From NCBI GenBank assembly GCA_030704615.1, contig CM060732.1, positions 62,620,001 to 62,684,000 on the forward strand: a stretch of DNA of 64,000 nt, in the 5' to 3' direction. Under the pieces are notes generated by a model, which worked only from the letters and a program-made list of their open reading frames with translations, was not told the DNA's origin and did no database searches. The stretch comes from Takakia lepidozioides (Eukaryota > Plantae > Bryophyta). A program made the translations under genes and the position numbers. The number at the start of each line of letters is the position of its first letter. Position 1 is the stretch's first letter. This document shows positions 62,451 through 64,000 of this stretch, piece after piece.

Positions 62451-64000
62451 ACTTGCAGGGATTGAGCTTCCAATGCGAACCAGGAGTCTTATATTGATAG
62501 CATTGTTGTAAAACACATGGACCAACAATGACAGTATCTGGAATGACATATAGTACAGTAATGACATATAGTACAACATGCCGCTTCCAGTTGACCATCT
62601 ACCCATGTAGGTTTCTTGTACCTATCCTTCCACAGGGAATCATAGGTAATGTGGAGCTTGAAATCCAGCCCTCTTGGATGAATCTGGACCCACACTCTAT
62701 CCCTGCTCCTTCAGCCATCCATGCGTCTGACAGCCTACAATTCTACCAGCAAACACCCCAACCATACTGGTGTGGAGTTCTTCCCCAAAACACCCCAACC
62801 CTACTTATCACAATCTGAAATGCATCTGCTTCTCTCTGTAGTCCAACAGGCATTCGTCTTTTTGTCTCCATTGTCCCACCATTGGGGTCGGAAAGTGTTC
62901 ACCCCAAAGCTTATCCTCACCTCTATTATATGTTTTTGGATACTTCCCTGCTGCCACACTGGCAGTAACTTGCCAAAGTCACTCCAAACCACCACAGATG
63001 TACCCAACGACCTAACTTACAGAATTCAATATGCATCTTGCGGCCGAGTCTGATGAGAGGGCAACACAGGCTGAAATAAGTTGAAGAAGAAGGTGCCCTA
63101 CCACATTGTCCTTGACCTGTCCCGACCCATGGAGGATTTGACCGATGACCTCTTGTGTGTGCTGCTTGTGTCTGTAGTCAGGTAATGTCGGATTGGTCTG
63201 TCAGATCGAACCACTACGGCGTAGATGAGTAGTCAGAGATTGAAACACGCTTGCTAAGACCAAGCTGACTCCCCCAAGAACGGCGAGCTCGCTTGTCCTC
63301 GTCTTGTCTCCTCCTCCTCTTCTCCTTCGTGCATCATTTGCTCAACGCCTCCATCCTACGCCCCTGCATATCCTGCTATCATCGCGTTCCATCCCTCAGC
63401 TATGTGGTGTGGCGCAGGAGACAAAAAGACGCCAAGTCCCAGCCCTCCTTTCTGTTCACGATTACACTAATGGGCAACCTTATTAGCAATTTTTTTAACT
63501 TTTTTAAACCTAATGGGCAACCTTATTTGCATTATATGTGCCTTCAAAATGACACGTGTAGTGATGTAGTCGTATAAATAGAGCTCTGAAACCATCTTCA
63601 GTCATGGAGTCATAAGATTCCATGAAACGTCGTCCACGTGTAGTCAAACATATCACACTAGTCATATAAACCATCCCTGTCATCATGGTCAACAATGTTT
63701 GACCAATGCTCCCTAACTTTCCGGAGTCATGTAGTGATATCCATTACTATAAAGTCATAAAACTAAAACTGTAATGCATTTCAGCGCTCTGTAGTCATGT
63801 ACCTAGTGCAGTTTTTATGACTCCGCCAAACCCGTAGTCCTAAAAACGCTCATCTCTTGTAGTGCACCAATGCGCATCCCAAGAGCCAGCCATCACGAGT
63901 ACCATGTAGCAGCAAGGGAGCAGGTTTATGCGGCGCATCATCAAGGTTCACTGAAGCACGAGTTCAGTGCTGTGAAATGTGTCGGCCTGCTTAGGGCATA

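Larger units (their letters stand above)
52917..63864. mobile_element. CACTA/EnSpm DNA transposon (~10.9 kb, defective)
   Basis: TIRs CACTACAACAGATGAGCGTTTTTA and TAAAAACGCTCATCTCTTGTAGTG (1 mismatch in 24). 3-bp flanks CGC/CAC. Subterminal ATGACTAC/GTAGTCAT repeats. TnpD and TnpA-like genes inside. Confidence 0.93.

Noticed and set aside
14030-63864. Single ~50-kb CACTA macro-transposon bounded by matching TIRs
   Set aside because: Both termini are the same end type of two separate copies and the flanks (TAA vs CAC) give no TSD. The 63864 end pairs better with 52917 (CGC/CAC).

Overview
Eukaryotic DNA, most likely from a non-seed land plant (bryophyte, lycophyte or fern). This is inferred from the GT-AG introns, PLS-class PPR fragments, a Replitron remnant and a GCM-type Mutator. 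The window holds one intact host gene, a 4-exon sterol delta8-delta7 isomerase (EBP/HYD1-like, 1511-2969, minus strand). About 61 kb of nested, mostly decayed transposable elements follow it. Highlight 1: a Ty3/Gypsy LTR retrotransposon (6903-14029, minus) whose pol carries a full C5-cytosine DNA methyltransferase domain between protease and RT, and ends in a PHD finger. Highlight 2: an ~11 kb CACTA element (52917-63864) with divergent TnpD and TnpA-like genes; the TnpA-like gene has an in-frame FCP1/NIF HAD-phosphatase domain, and the element carries captured RPS3a and PPR fragments. Also present are an inverted Pack-CACTA derivative (14030-17286) inserted in the Gypsy gag, and an intron-containing IS3/IS481-like (IS3EU-type) DDE transposase relic. 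Other elements: Replitron HUH, MULE and pogo relics, a non-autonomous Helitron whose empty site lies elsewhere in the window, several MITEs, and a palindromic ~75-bp satellite. All domain calls come from motif recognition by eye, not from database searches.
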